The notes beneath the pieces are model-generated. The model did no database searches and was not told the origin of the DNA. It saw nothing but the letters and a program-made list of their open reading frames with translations. Position numbers and translations under genes: made by a program. A DNA stretch of 64,000 nt from Gammaproteobacteria bacterium (GTDB taxonomy: Bacteria > Pseudomonadota > Gammaproteobacteria > Eutrophobiales > Eutrophobiaceae), in NCBI GenBank assembly GCA_965221695.1, contig OZ244905.1, positions 1,056,001-1,120,000 on the forward strand, in the 5' to 3' direction. The number at the start of each line of letters is the position of its first letter. Within the stretch, counting starts at the first letter, position 1. Below, one piece after another: positions 48,401 to 53,418 of this stretch.

Positions 48401-50710
48401 TTCGGTGGCCGCCTGAGCGGTGGTCGGCGTGCCGGTCAAGGTGCGGGCGGTGGCGTCAAACGACAGACCGTCCGGCAGGTTCGGCGTCAGCGTGTACGTC
48501 AGCGGGGCGTCGCCGCCGGTCGCCTGCGGCAGGTCGAGCTGGGTAATCGCCGAGTTCTGCAGGTAGGTCTGGTCGGCAATGGTGTCGCTGCCGAAGCTCG
48601 GCTGGCTGTCCGCGGTAATCGTGATGTCGAACTTCAACTCGGCCTCATCGCCGTCACCATCGGTCACCTTGTACGTGTATTCGATGGCCGCCTGGGCGGT
48701 GGTCGGTGTGCCGGTGAGGGTACGGGCGGTCGCATCAAACGACAGACCCGCCGGCGGGGTCGGCGTTAAGGTGTACGTCAGTGTGCCGTCACCGCCACTG
48801 GCCTGGGGCAGGTTCAGTGTCGTAATCTGGGCGCCCTGCGGGTAGGTCTGGTCGGCAATGGTCTGCGTGCCGAAGGTCGGCAGCGCATTCGCGGTGACCG
48901 CGACCGTGGCCGTGAGGCCGGCGTAGTTGCCGCCGGCGGCGGTTAAGGTGATAGTGGCAGCGCCGTCAGTGGGGCTCGCCGCCATGTTTACCGTCACCGT
49001 CTGCGCGGTACTGTAGTTCGTCGTGGTGAACGTCAGCGGTGTCGGGCTGACGGTCACGTCCGTGTCGTCGCTGACCACGGTGACGGTGACCGCAGCGGTC
49101 GGCGCGGTGGCCAGGGTCACATCAAAGGTGTTGCTGCCGTCCTCATCGACCACCAGGGTGGCCGGCGCCACTTGAATGGCCGGGGCGGCTATCGGGGTGG
49201 CCGTGGCTGTGTCCGAGGCCGGGCCTTCGGCAACGCCCGCTACCGCGCGGACCTGGAACGCATACACCTGGCCGTTGGTCAGGTTGCCAACGGTGTGGGT
49301 CGTGGTCGTGGCGCCGCTGTTGGCAATGTCCGTCCAGGTCGCAGTCGTCGGGTCGGCGGCGCCCTGGGCATAGCGAACCTGGTACTTGGTGATGGTACTG
49401 TCACTCGGATCATCCCAACTCAGCGTGACCTGGGCGTTGCCGGGGGTGGCAGTGAGATTGGCCGGCTTGGCCAGCGCTATCACCGTGATGTTAAACGTCA
49501 GCGAACTGGTGTCGCCCTGGGCGTCAGTCGCCGTGTAGGTGTATGCCGTCGCCGCCTGCAGCGTCGTCGGCGTGCCGCTGAGCGTGCGCGTCGCAGCGTC
49601 AAAGCTCAAACCCGCAGGCAGCGACGGCGTCATGCTGTAGCTCAGCGTGCCGTTGCCCGTCGCCTCCGGCAATACCAGCGGCGTGATGGCCGTGCCCTGG
49701 GTGTAGAACTGATCCGGGATCGTCGCGCCGCCAAAGTCAGGATTCGTATCCGACTGCACGATGACGCTGATCGGCGAGGCCCAGGAACCATAGCCGTTGC
49801 AAATATTGGGATCGGGGATATTAAGATACTGCCCACCAGCATACGTTACGCTGACTTCGTACTCCTCCGAATCCAATACCACATCAGGTTGTCCACGACT
49901 GCCCAACCTGGGAAACTCCCACTCTGTTATGTAGGTGTTATTACTATGATTGTAATAATGGGTGTATTTACCTGAGTCAGTACCTTTACTTACAGTGTTC
50001 CAGGATACTGAAGGCTTCCTGTAGACCACCTCAAATATGTAGGGTTCACCCTGAATCGAGGAGCAGGTGGGGTCATACCAATCCCAAGTGACCTTGATCT
50101 TGCCAAAATCCGGCGTTGTGACCACGACATTCGTCGGCGGATGAAGAAATTGGCCCGAAAAGCCTTGCGGGACGGGCAATGGTGTCGGCGCCGCCGTCAG
50201 CGCAGGACTCGGCGTTCCGTTGCCATCCGCATTCACCGCGCGCACCTGGAAGACATAGGTCGTTCCAAACGTCAGATTCTGTACAAACACAAACGTCGAG
50301 AAGCTGTTGCTGCCTGAAATATCCGTCCACAGGTTATCATCTGACGAGGGCGTGAAACCCGTGCCTGCCTTGTGCCGTACCTGATACTTTGTGATGCTGC
50401 TGTCAGCCGGGTTGGCCCAGTTCAACTGGGCTTGGCCTGTAGTATTAGACCCTGCACCAATTTGCTTGGACACGCCCACGGTAAAGTGCTGAGGTTGGGC
50501 CGGTGGGGATTGCGCCAGCAGCGATTGGGGACTGAGCAGGGTGAACGCGAGAACGACTGCCGGGACGCGGCACAGCAAGCGGGTAAGGTGTTGCAGGATG
50601 GTTGGCGCGGCGCCGGCCGGCGCGCTGAAAACAGGCACATTGGTGCTTAGGCCGCATGCGCGTGCACTGTGGCCCCGAGTGAGCCAGTTATACATTACGG
50701 CTAAACACAC
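27416..50710 (-). CDS. Giant modular surface protein/adhesin A, 7764 aa, probable autotransporter
   Basis: Hydrophobic signal peptide ending SLLA-Q; FN3 repeats (P..LTATAGD.QVTL.W...YQVR...LTNGT.Y.F.VRA); putative Ig (He_PIG-like) and cadherin-like repeats; poly-Pro linker; C-terminal amphipathic beta-strand region ending WLNLEWGYR. Confidence 0.95.
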   Translation of the reverse strand: MCLAVMYNWLTRGHSARACGLSTNVPVFSAPAGAAPTILQHLTRLLCRVPAVVLAFTLLSPQSLLAQSPPAQPQHFTVGVSKQIGAGSNTTGQAQLNWANPADSSITKYQVRHKAGTGFTPSSDDNLWTDISGSNSFSTFVFVQNLTFGTTYVFQVRAVNADGNGTPSPALTAAPTPLPVPQGFSGQFLHPPTNVVVTTPDFGKIKVTWDWYDPTCSSIQGEPYIFEVVYRKPSVSWNTVSKGTDSGKYTHYYNHSNNTYITEWEFPRLGSRGQPDVVLDSEEYEVSVTYAGGQYLNIPDPNICNGYGSWASPISVIVQSDTNPDFGGATIPDQFYTQGTAITPLVLPEATGNGTLSYSMTPSLPAGLSFDAATRTLSGTPTTLQAATAYTYTATDAQGDTSSLTFNITVIALAKPANLTATPGNAQVTLSWDDPSDSTITKYQVRYAQGAADPTTATWTDIANSGATTTTHTVGNLTNGQVYAFQVRAVAGVAEGPASDTATATPIAAPAIQVAPATLVVDEDGSNTFDVTLATAPTAAVTVTVVSDDTDVTVSPTPLTFTTTNYSTAQTVTVNMAASPTDGAATITLTAAGGNYAGLTATVAVTANALPTFGTQTIADQTYPQGAQITTLNLPQASGGDGTLTYTLTPTPPAGLSFDATARTLTGTPTTAQAAIEYTYKVTDGDGDEAELKFDITITADSQPSFGSDTIADQTYLQNSAITQLDLPQATGGDAPLTYTLTPNLPDGLSFDATARTLTGTPTTAQAATEYTYKVVDNDGDEAELKFDITITADSQPDFGTQTIADQTYPQGTAITTLNLPQATGGDGTLAYTLTPTLPAGLTFDATARTLTGTPTAPQAATEYTYTATDADGDTATLTFDIRITPTLTLGGVADANLAENTAYTGTATLSGTPVGNITWALTGDDANANGFTLSNQSNTGATVTLGAKDFEVPTDNDTNNIYVYTLTATDDDSNIATVNVAITITNIDEPATLTLTGLADASVSENQAYTVDASLTGALGAVTWTLGGADAGAFTLPAADQSQTGARVSLAARDFETPTDSDTGNTYEYTLTATDANTNTVTSAVYTVTVTDVDEAPAKPTNLTAAAGDTEVMLNWTNPNDSTITKYQVRYAQGTADPTTATWTDIANSGATTTTHTVDNLTNGTTYAFQIRAVVGAVNGPDSDTVTATPTLAVPDAPTNLTATAGDTQVILNWTNPTNASTLDNLQVRYKATADLPFVNTDTWTNLAATATTYTATSLTNGTDYTFAVRATNTAGDGTAATVAATPTVNAPTFGAATIADQSWTRLVAITSVTLPQATGGNGTLSYALTPALPTGVSLDTTTRTVSGTPTVALAQTLYTWTATDAQGDAASLTFNITVAQGNRAPVVVRPIPDSGAWLNSPFGDDVFARRLEDAGEEIFSDADGDALTYTATSADTSVATATTNNVVPDGVASVEAQAVSVGTVEITLRATDPSGEWAEDNFNITVIDANGSGHMSSFNDVTISVNGGSTEYINPPLPAVASAATASSFSGLSLTATSANPSVATAEIINRVNGVRGPVFATFNVRVTAVGTGVTTVTVTADSSLAAAVTETFTVTVTGNLAPAQPANLQATPGDGEVALSWGNPSDSSITKYQVRYAQGTADPTTATWNDITGSGAATTSHTVDNLTNGTTYAFQVRAVSAQGDGATSDTVTATPLAKPAAPTGLTAAARDRAALLTWTDPSNTSISKYQVRHAAGTSVPANTAWTDIAGSTATTISHTVDNLTNGTQYAFELRAVNASGDGAAATVTATPTQPTVTLALSATAISENGGQATVTASLDYPSTGATTLTVAVAPATGSTAVPGDFTLSSPPTLMIAQGDTTSTGTVTVTGVDNTEDTADKDLTVSATAANPRGVTGPASLTLTLTDDDAPPAAPTGLTATAGDTQVTLNWTDPSNNAITKYQVRYGAGPTVPATATWEDITGSGATTTTHTVDNLTNGTQYAFEIRAVNATGNSDASATVTATPRPDPAITVAPDTLVVDEGGSNTFDVTLVAAPTAAVAITVASNNTNVTVNPTSLTFSATNYNTAQTVTVTMAANPLPNGNATLTLAATGGNYAGLTATVAVTANALPSFGAQTIADQTYPQGTAITTLNLPQATGGDGTLAYTLTPTPPAGLTFNATARTLTGTPTAPQAATEYTYTATDADGDTATLTFDIRITPTLTLGGVADANQAENTAYTGNATLTGTPVGNITWALTGDDANASGFTLSNQSNTGATVTLGAKDFEVPTDNDTNNIYVYTLTATDDDGNSDTVNVAITITNVDEAPAKPANLTAAPGDTEVTLTWTNPNDSTITKYQVRQAQGATIPATTAWNDIANSTAATTTHTVDNLTNGTTYAFQIRAVVGTANGPDSDTVTATPRPDPAITVAPDTLVVDEGGSNTFDVTLVAAPTAAVAITVASNNTNVTVNPTSLTFSATNYNTAQTVTVTMAANPLPNGNATLTLAATGGNYAGLTATVAVTANALPSFGTQTIADQTYPQGTAITTLNLPQATGGDGTLAYTLTPTPPAGLTFNATARTLTGTPTAPQAATEYTYTATDADGDTATLTFDIRITPTLTLGGVADANQAENTAYTGNATLTGTPVGNITWALTGDDANASGFTLSNQSNTGATVTLGAKDFEVPTDNDTNNIYVYTLTATDDDGNSDTVNVAITITNVDEAPAKPANLTAAPGDTEVTLTWTNPNDSTITKYQVRQAQGATIPATTAWNDIANSTAATTTHTVDNLTNGTTYAFQIRAVVGTANGPDSDTVTATPRPDPAITVAPDTLVVDEGGSNTFDVTLVAAPTAAVAITVASNNTNVTVNPTSLTFSATNYNTAQTVTVTMAANPLPNGNATLTLAATGGNYAGLTATVAVTANALPSFGAQTIADQTYPQGTAITTLNLPQATGGDGTLAYTLTPTPPAGLTFNATARTLTGTPTAPQAATEYTYTATDADGDTATLTFDIRITPTLTLGGVADANQAENTAYTGNATLTGTPVGNITWALTGDDANASGFTLSNQSNTGATVTLGAKDFEVPTDNDTNNIYVYTLTATDDDGNSDTVNVAITITNVDEAPAKPANLTAAPGDTEVTLTWTNPNDSTITKYQVRQAQGATIPATTAWNDIANSTAATTTHTVDNLTNGTTYAFQIRAVVGTANGPDSDTVTATPRPDPAITVAPDTLVVDEGGSNTFDVTLVAAPTAAVAITVASNNTNVTVNPTSLTFSATNYNTAQTVTVTMAANPLPNGTATLTLAATGGNYAGLTATVAVTANALPSFGSATIADQTYPQGTAITTLNLPQATGGDGTLAYTLTPTPPAGLTFNATARTLTGTPTAPQAATEYTYTATDADGDTATLTFDIRITPTLTLGGVADANQAENTAYTGNATLTGTPVGNITWALTGDDANASGFTLSNQSNTGATVTLGAKDFEVPTDNDTNNIYVYTLTATDDDGNSDTVNVAITITNVDEAPAKPANLTAAPGDTEVTLTWTNPNDSTITKYQVRQAQGATIPATTAWADIANSTAATTTHTVDNLTNGTTYAFQIRAVVGTANGPDSDTVTATPRPDPAITVAPDTLVVDEGGSNTFDVTLVAAPTAAVAITVASNNTNVTVNPTSLTFSATNYNTAQTVTVTMAANPSPNGTATLTLAATGGNYAGLTATVAVTANALPSFGSATIADQTYPQGTAITTLNLPQATGGDGTLAYTLTPTPPAGLTFNATARTLTGTPTAPQAATEYTYTATDADGDTATLTFDIRITPTLTLGGVADANLAENTAYTGNATLTGTPVGNITWALTGDDANANGFTLSNQSNTGATVTLGAKDFEVPTDNDTNNIYVYTLTATDDDGNSDTVNVAITITNVDEAPAKPANLTAAPGDTEVTLTWTNPNDSTITKYQVRQAQGATIPATTAWNDIANSTAATTTHTVDNLTNGTTYAFQIRAVVGTANGPDSDTVTATPRPDPAITVAPDTLVVDEGGSNTFDVTLVAAPTAAVAITVASNNTNVTVNPTSLTFSATNYNTAQTVTVTMAANPLPNGNATLTLAATGGNYAGLTATVAVTANALPSFGTQTIADQTYPQGTAITTLNLPQATGGDGTLAYTLTPTPPAGLTFNATARTLTGTPTAPQAATEYTYTATDADGDTAELKFDITVMQPPTPARTLTFTFSDDGSTVTIAASGSLDVSGFSPAGDTVPTLVTSVGYVLFNQEFEKWQIFATPSDNTTPISRYNSLPNIVTTGLNSYSGNQEIINLSNYNYEFSLRFNTYRKLLFVDKANLTGDIYDPTGDEVTFTGTVLNTVGDNDFHIEHAIGNQKIIFKATPPPVPAAPTNLSATAGDTEATLSWANPNDSSITKYQVRYGAGSTVPATATWEDITGSGATTTSHKVTGLTNTTQYAFEIRAVNNGGNSDASNTATATPALAVPNAPTNLTATAGDTQATLTWTNPTNASTLTNIQVRYKATADLPFSGTDTWTDLAPTATTYTATGLTNGTGYTFAVRATNTAGSSTAATVAATPRPDPAIQVTPDTLEVDEGGSNTFDVTLAAAPTTAVTVTVTSNNTDVTVNPTPLTFSATNYNTAQTVTVNMAASPSSNGNATLTLTAAAGNYAGLTATVAVTSNKLPSFGSATIANQTYMQNSAITRLDLPQASGGDGTLTYTLAPDAPDGLTFDASARTLTGTPTGTQAATTYTYRATDSDGDPAELTFTITITADNAPSFGSATIANQTYMQNSAITRLDLPQASGGDGTLTYTLAPDAPDGLTFDASARTLTGTPTGTQAATTYTYRATDSDGDPAELTFTITITADNAPSFGSATIANQTYMQNSAITRLDLPQASGGDGTLTYTLAPDAPDGLTFDASARTLTGTPTGTQAATTYTYRATDSDGDPAELTFTITITADNAPSFGSATIANQTYMQNSAITRLDLPQASGGDGTLTYTLAPDAPDGLTFDASARTLTGTPTGTQAATTYTYRATDSDGDPAELTFTITITADNAPSFGSATIANQTYMQNSAITRLDLPQASGGDGTLTYTLAPDAPDGLTFDASARTLTGTPTGTQAATTYTYRATDSDGDPAELTFTITITADNAPSFGSATIANQTYMQNSAITRLDLPQASGGDGTLTYTLAPDAPDGLTFDASARTLTGTPTGTQAATTYTYRATDSDGDPAELTFTITITADNAPSFGSATIANQTYMQNSAITRLDLPQASGGDGTLTYTLAPDAPDGLTFDASARTLTGTPTGTQAATTYTYRATDSDGDPAELTFTITITADNAPSFGSATIANQTYMQNSAITRLDLPQASGGDGTLTYTLAPDAPDGLTFDASARTLTGTPTGTQAATTYTYRATDSDGDPAELTFTITITADNAPSFGSATIANQTYMQNSAITRLDLPQASGGDGTLTYTLAPDAPDGLTFDASARTLTGTPTGTQAATTYTYRATDSDGDPAELTFTITITADNAPSFGSATIANQTYMQNSAITRLDLPQASGGDGTLTYTLAPDAPDGLTFDASARTLTGTPTGTQAATTYTYRATDSDGDPAELTFTITITADNAPSFGSATIANQTYMQNSAITRLDLPQASGGDGTLTYTLAPDAPDGLTFDASARTLTGTPTGTQAATTYTYRATDSDGDPAELTFTITITADNAPSFGSATIANQTYMQNSAITRLDLPQASGGDGTLTYTLAPDAPDGLTFDASARTLTGTPTGTQAATTYTYRATDSDGDPAELTFTITITADNAPSFGSATIANQTYMQNSAITRLDLPQASGGDGTLTYTLAPDAPDGLTFDASARTLTGTPTGTQAATTYTYRATDSDGDPAELTFTITITADNAPSFGSATIANQTYMQNSAITRLDLPQASGGDGTLTYTLAPDAPDGLTFDASARTLTGTPTGTQAATTYTYRATDSDGDPAELTFTITITADNAPSFGSATIANQTYMQNSAITRLDLPQASGGDGTLTYTLAPDAPDGLTFDASARTLTGTPTGTQAATTYTYRATDSDGDPAELTFTITITADNAPSFGSATIANQTYMQNSAITRLDLPQASGGDGTLTYTLAPDAPDGLTFDASARTLTGTPTGTQAATTYTYRATDSDGDPAELTFTITITADNAPSFGSATIANQTYMQNSAITRLDLPQASGGDGTLTYTLAPDAPDGLTFDASARTLTGTPTGTQAATTYTYRATDSDGDPAELTFTITITADNAPSFGSATIANQTYMQNSAITRLDLPQASGGDGTLTYTLAPDAPDGLTFDASARTLTGTPTGTQAATTYTYRATDSDGDPAELTFTITITADNAPSFGSATIANQTYMQNSAITRLDLPQASGGDGTLTYTLAPDAPDGLTFDASARTLTGTPTGTQAATTYTYRATDSDGDPAELTFTITITADNAPSFGSATIANQTYMQNSAITRLDLPQASGGDGTLTYTLAPDAPDGLTFDASARTLTGTPTGTQAATTYTYRATDSDGDPAELTFTITITADNAPSFGSATIANQTYMQNSAITRLDLPQASGGDGTLTYTLAPDAPDGLTFDASARTLTGTPTGTQAATTYTYRATDSDGDPAELTFTITITADNAPSFGSATIANQTYMQNSAITRLDLPQASGGDGTLTYTLAPDAPDGLTFDASARTLTGTPTGTQAATTYTYRATDSDGDEATLTFSITIDADTTPSTLTLSGLANATVNENTPYTVTASLANAQGAVSWTLGGADGTDDFTLSSQSSTGVTVNLSARDYENPTDSDTNNTYVYTLTARDSNGNTATSGNITVTVRDVDETTPPPPPPPPPNNAPVLLMSAGDQILLVDENRTLDIMGLFNDSDGDVLIYTATTDASSIVAVDVDSAERLTLTGVALGETNVTITASDGRGGTASDTFKVTVAPPNEAPVVATPLSDLTLVVGQTQQVDVSGAFSDADGDALTYTAVSADETVVTLAVTGSALTLTGVAVGAATITVTADDGRGRASDLFTVTVALSNEAPEVATPLSDQTLDVDQTQQVDVSATFTDADGDALTYTAVSADTSVVTVAITGATLTLTGASAGDTAITITADDGRGGTASDRFAVTVVMPNRAPAVDMPLSDQGIDVDQVQQVDVSAAFTDADGDTLTYTAVSDDETIVTVTLSGSDLTLTGVSVGAANVTVTAADETGEAVSDTFAVTVSEAPIDAVQVTDVHEDLLPHLTLSVIGRTTQALSDRISSVRSGAGQTSTILGRSVKPSPSTQPGQPTAYGAESGLPLLGIEALPEEEQASPDVGAGAETQIGIESGSLLSGTTSRVDPSAGGTGQPLSDDEERLALSGITQTFGHSTQALPGTESRVDPTLGGSRTGGRTQPTPDVFDVFDTPGGWEYRRRFDLRQLLNRASFVLPLNFGADDGSESGEPGKVVTLWGEGSYTDLRSKGNNAVTWDGGVANFHLGADIEATEQLLLGAALSRTEGRFDYTDRSDARRTFTGDYDISLTSLYPYADWMVSPDLSIWGALGYGLGELDLTVDDEGYRQESDVDMYSAALGVTGRFFRRGGWQLGYQGEAMYAAMSVEDAPDIDVQRVRAVLEGRHMSATEAGQFEQFAELGVRIDGGDAQSGAGLDLAGGVRYATDTGWALQLRGAGLLANSNYREWQVSGLLEKAYQADGTGWMLRLTPHYSPVRSLGSIEGGARQLWERNIDDMVRGQRSPTSDEYRFGMETEVGYGLFIRDRLWTVYSRTTGLGERSRRFMLGTEMSDVLLGGSVLRVGFEGVREESWNISPEHSFWLNLEWGYR
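30708..36800 (-). repeat. Intragenic tandem array, 22 x 279 bp (93-aa putative Ig domain)
   Basis: Same phase recurs at 30961 and 36541 (20 x 279); gaagctcggc at 30932 and 36791 (21 periods). No differences seen between units. Confidence 0.95.
38225..44695 (-). repeat. Intragenic tandem array, ~5.5 x 1182 bp (394-aa four-domain unit)
   Basis: Antisense ORF echoes at 38604, 39786, 40968, 42150, 43332, 44514; units differ at only a few sites. Confidence 0.93.
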
Positions 50711-50956
50711 TTATTTTTTGACCCTCATTCCCGCAGAAACAACAGCGCTATATAAAATCACGCCCGAAACAAGTTTGCAAGCATTTTCGGGATACTTGTT
50801 GTCGGGATACTGCACTCTTCTTTTCAAGCCATATGCTGATTCATTATTCTAATATGCGGGTTGGATAGCCTAGCATATTGATTTTAATTGTTGTGATATT
50901 TTTTTGATACTGATTTAGCAAGTGTAACAGTGTAACAGTAGCGGATAATTATGCAA
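50711..50956 (-). promoter_or_regulatory. AT-rich upstream region of gene A with RBS-like GAGGG
   Basis: Homologous to 22868-23095; GAGGG lies 11 nt before the GTG. Confidence 0.6.
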
Positions 50957-50968
50957 CTGGTAGAGTGG

Positions 50969-50992
50969 AATATTGTGTCGCCTGGGGGCGAC
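50969..50992. repeat. REP-like core (family 1)
   Basis: aatattgtgtcgcctgggggcgac. Confidence 0.65.
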
Positions 50993-51023
50993 GCTTTACG
51001 CATGACAGCACACCCATGTAAAA

Positions 51024-51060
51024 TACAGGACGCCCATTAAACATAGATGGGCGCCCTGTA
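51024..51060. other. Inverted repeat/hairpin in divergent intergenic region
   Basis: tacaggacgcccat-N9-atgggcgccctgta. Confidence 0.5.
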
Positions 51061-51080
51061 CTTTAAGTTGAGGAGTGCAA

Positions 51081-52295
51081 ATGACAGATAAACAACAGCA
51101 AGCGGGCAGCATTGCGCCGGGCGCATTGGAAGGTGTGCGCGTGATTGAATTGGGTCAACTTATTGCCGGGCCGTTTTGCGGACAGTTATTGGGTGACCTG
51201 GGCGCCGAGGTGATCAAGGTGGAATTGCCGGGAAGGGGCGATCCGATGCGGGATTGGGGTAAAGGGGAGCCGCTGTGGTGGCCTGTTGTTGCGCGAAACA
51301 AGAAATGTATCACGCTGGATGTAAGGAGTGAAAAGGGCAAAGCCATACTGTGCGAACTGATCGCCAAATCTGACATGGCGCTGGAGAATTTCAGACCGGG
51401 CACCATGGAGAAATGGGGCCTGGGTTATGCAGACCTGGCGCGGCACAACAAGGGGATTATCATGATACGGGTATCCGGGTATGGGCAGAGTGGTCCTTAT
51501 TCGGCGCGCGCCGGTTACGGCGGCATCGGCGAGGCCATGGGCGGTTTGCGCTATATCGTTGGCGACCCTTCCACGCCGCCCAGCCGTGTCGGAATCAGCA
51601 TCGGCGATACGCTGGCGGCCATGTTTGCCACCATCGGGGCGCTGTCGGCATTGCAATACCGGGAGCGCACCGGACAGGGCCAGGTTGTGGATTCGGCGAT
51701 TTATGAAGCGGTGCTGGGTGTGATGGAGTCAATGGTGCCGGAATATACCCAGACCGGTTTTATCAGGGAGCGCACGGGCGCAATACTCGAAAAAGTGGCG
51801 CCTTCCAATGTTTATCCCACTGCCGATGGAGACATGATCGTAATGGGCGCGAACCAGGATTCTGTCTTTGCGCGCCTGTGCGATGCGATGCAACAACCGG
51901 CGTTGGCGCAGGATGAGCGCTTTAACACGCATATTGCCCGCGGCGAAAACCAGGCCGCGCTTGATGACATTATCTATGCCTGGTCAAAGCAATACCCGGC
52001 AGGTGAATTGCTGGCATTACTGGAGGACTACGCAGTGCCGGCAGGGCGCATTTATCGCGCGCCCGATATGTTGGCGGATGCGCATTATATCGCCCGGGAA
52101 ACCATTGTTGACGTAGCGCATCCCAGGTATGACAAACTGAAAATGCAGAATGTGTTTCCGCGCTTATCGGCCACGCCGGGCAGAATCAAATGGACGGGAC
52201 CGGAACTGGGACAACACAACGAAGAGATTTACGGGGAGATGCTGGGTTATGATCAAGCAGAATTGGCGCGCCTGAAACAGGACAGAGTAATATAG
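51081..52295 (+). CDS. CaiB/BaiF family III CoA transferase
   Basis: LEGVRVIELG..IAGPF...LGDLGAEVIKVE, RNKK, ENFRPG, SGYGQSGPY; GAGGAG RBS before ATG 51081. Confidence 0.93.
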   Translation: MTDKQQQAGSIAPGALEGVRVIELGQLIAGPFCGQLLGDLGAEVIKVELPGRGDPMRDWGKGEPLWWPVVARNKKCITLDVRSEKGKAILCELIAKSDMALENFRPGTMEKWGLGYADLARHNKGIIMIRVSGYGQSGPYSARAGYGGIGEAMGGLRYIVGDPSTPPSRVGISIGDTLAAMFATIGALSALQYRERTGQGQVVDSAIYEAVLGVMESMVPEYTQTGFIRERTGAILEKVAPSNVYPTADGDMIVMGANQDSVFARLCDAMQQPALAQDERFNTHIARGENQAALDDIIYAWSKQYPAGELLALLEDYAVPAGRIYRAPDMLADAHYIARETIVDVAHPRYDKLKMQNVFPRLSATPGRIKWTGPELGQHNEEIYGEMLGYDQAELARLKQDRVI

Positions 52296-52349
52296 CCAAA
52301 CTCCCATGATCCAGGGCGCGCAGGTATCCGATCATGAGGGTTTAAAATG

Positions 52350-52769
52350 CTAGCCTACTATGGAAGATAACATGACTTGGATAAGTAGGCCGACACCGGC
52401 GATGATAATGCCGGCAAACAGAAAGCCGCAGCCGACGAACCACTTCAAAAGCCGGGTTTCCATTTGGGCTATATCGGTCTTGGTACTCACTTCCAGTTGT
52501 GCGATACTGACTTCCAGTCTTGCTATATCAGCCTTGGTACTGCTTTCCAGTCTTGCTATATCAGCTTTGGTACTGCCTTCCAGTTGAACGATACTGTTTT
52601 CCAGTCTTGCAAAATCGGCCTTGGTATTGTTTTCCAGTCTCGCTATATCAGCTTTTGTTGCCAGATTTGCCAGCTCGGACATTTGAACCACATCCTCCGA
52701 CGCTTTTACGGCGCTGTCTTCTGTTGCGCCGACTTCGATGAATGCTTTGTAAAGTGCGGTACTGCTCAT
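52350..52769 (-). CDS. DUF1640/Bdr-like coiled-coil repeat protein with C-terminal TM helix
   Basis: TKADIARLExx repeats; hydrophobic C-terminus; AGGAGG RBS. Confidence 0.8.
   Translation of the reverse strand: MSSTALYKAFIEVGATEDSAVKASEDVVQMSELANLATKADIARLENNTKADFARLENSIVQLEGSTKADIARLESSTKADIARLEVSIAQLEVSTKTDIAQMETRLLKWFVGCGFLFAGIIIAGVGLLIQVMLSSIVG
52465..52662 (-). repeat. 33-nt (11-aa) coding repeats with 21-nt inserts
   Basis: ttccagtcttgctatatcagc(c/t)ttggta recurring. Confidence 0.75.
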
Positions 52770-52879
52770 GGGGTCACCTCCTTATAAGTTAAGTTGCAGT
52801 TACATTCCTGGTCCGGAAGCTCTGCTACTTCCGCCCATGTTTGCAGCGTATAGTTTACTGCGCAGGTTGTCAAATAGAA

Positions 52880-52965
52880 TGGTGCCGATGGCCGGATTCG
52901 AACCGGCACGCCTTTTGGGCACTGCCCCCTCAAGACAGCGTGTCTACCAATTCCACCACATCGGC
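52880..52965 (-). tRNA. tRNA-Leu(GAG)
   Basis: GCCGATGTGGTGGAATTGGTAGACACGCTGTCTTGAGGGGGCAGTG...GGTTCGAATCCGGCCATCGGCACCA; long variable arm, encoded CCA, typical position after secG. Confidence 0.96.
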
Positions 52966-53044
52966 GTTTGTGGGTTTAAGGAACCTCTGATTCAGATGTT
53001 GTGCGGCTCTGATCCTGGACACTCAGCGTATAGCATTACCCCAG

Positions 53045-53416
53045 TCATTCCGGAATGACTGGGATATCCGCGTCAATATCGCTTGCGGGTATATCATCCG
53101 GGACTGCTTCAGTCTCCTCAATCAGTACTTCCGTTGCCAGTGGGTCAACCACATTCAACTGCTGCGCCTGCATGCTGCGCTCCTTGGCCATCCAGGCCAG
53201 GGCCAGGCTGTTGAGCAGGAACACGAAGGCCAGCGCGGTCGTGGTTTTGGTCAGGAAGTTGCCGGAGCCTGCGGCGCCGAATACGGTGGCCGACGCGCCG
53301 CTACCGAAGGCCGCGCCGGCATCCGCGCCTTTCCCGTGCTGAATCAGGATGAAGCCGATCAATGCAATTGCGCAGATAACCTGCACTACCAATAAAAGAG
53401 CCTGTAATGTCTCCAT
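53045..53416 (-). CDS. secG: Preprotein translocase subunit SecG
   Basis: LIQHGKGADAGAAFGSGAS.TVFG..GSGNFLTKTT; start at ATG 53416. Confidence 0.96.
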   Translation of the reverse strand: METLQALLLVVQVICAIALIGFILIQHGKGADAGAAFGSGASATVFGAAGSGNFLTKTTTALAFVFLLNSLALAWMAKERSMQAQQLNVVDPLATEVLIEETEAVPDDIPASDIDADIPVIPE

Positions 53417-53418
53417 GT

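Noticed and set aside
50711-50960. Dam-dependent (Ag43-type) phase variation of the giant genes
   Set aside because: No GATC sites seen in either conserved upstream region (22868-23095, 50711-50956).
52768-53058. 96-aa plus-strand ORF
   Set aside because: Overlaps tRNA-Leu on the opposite strand; spurious.
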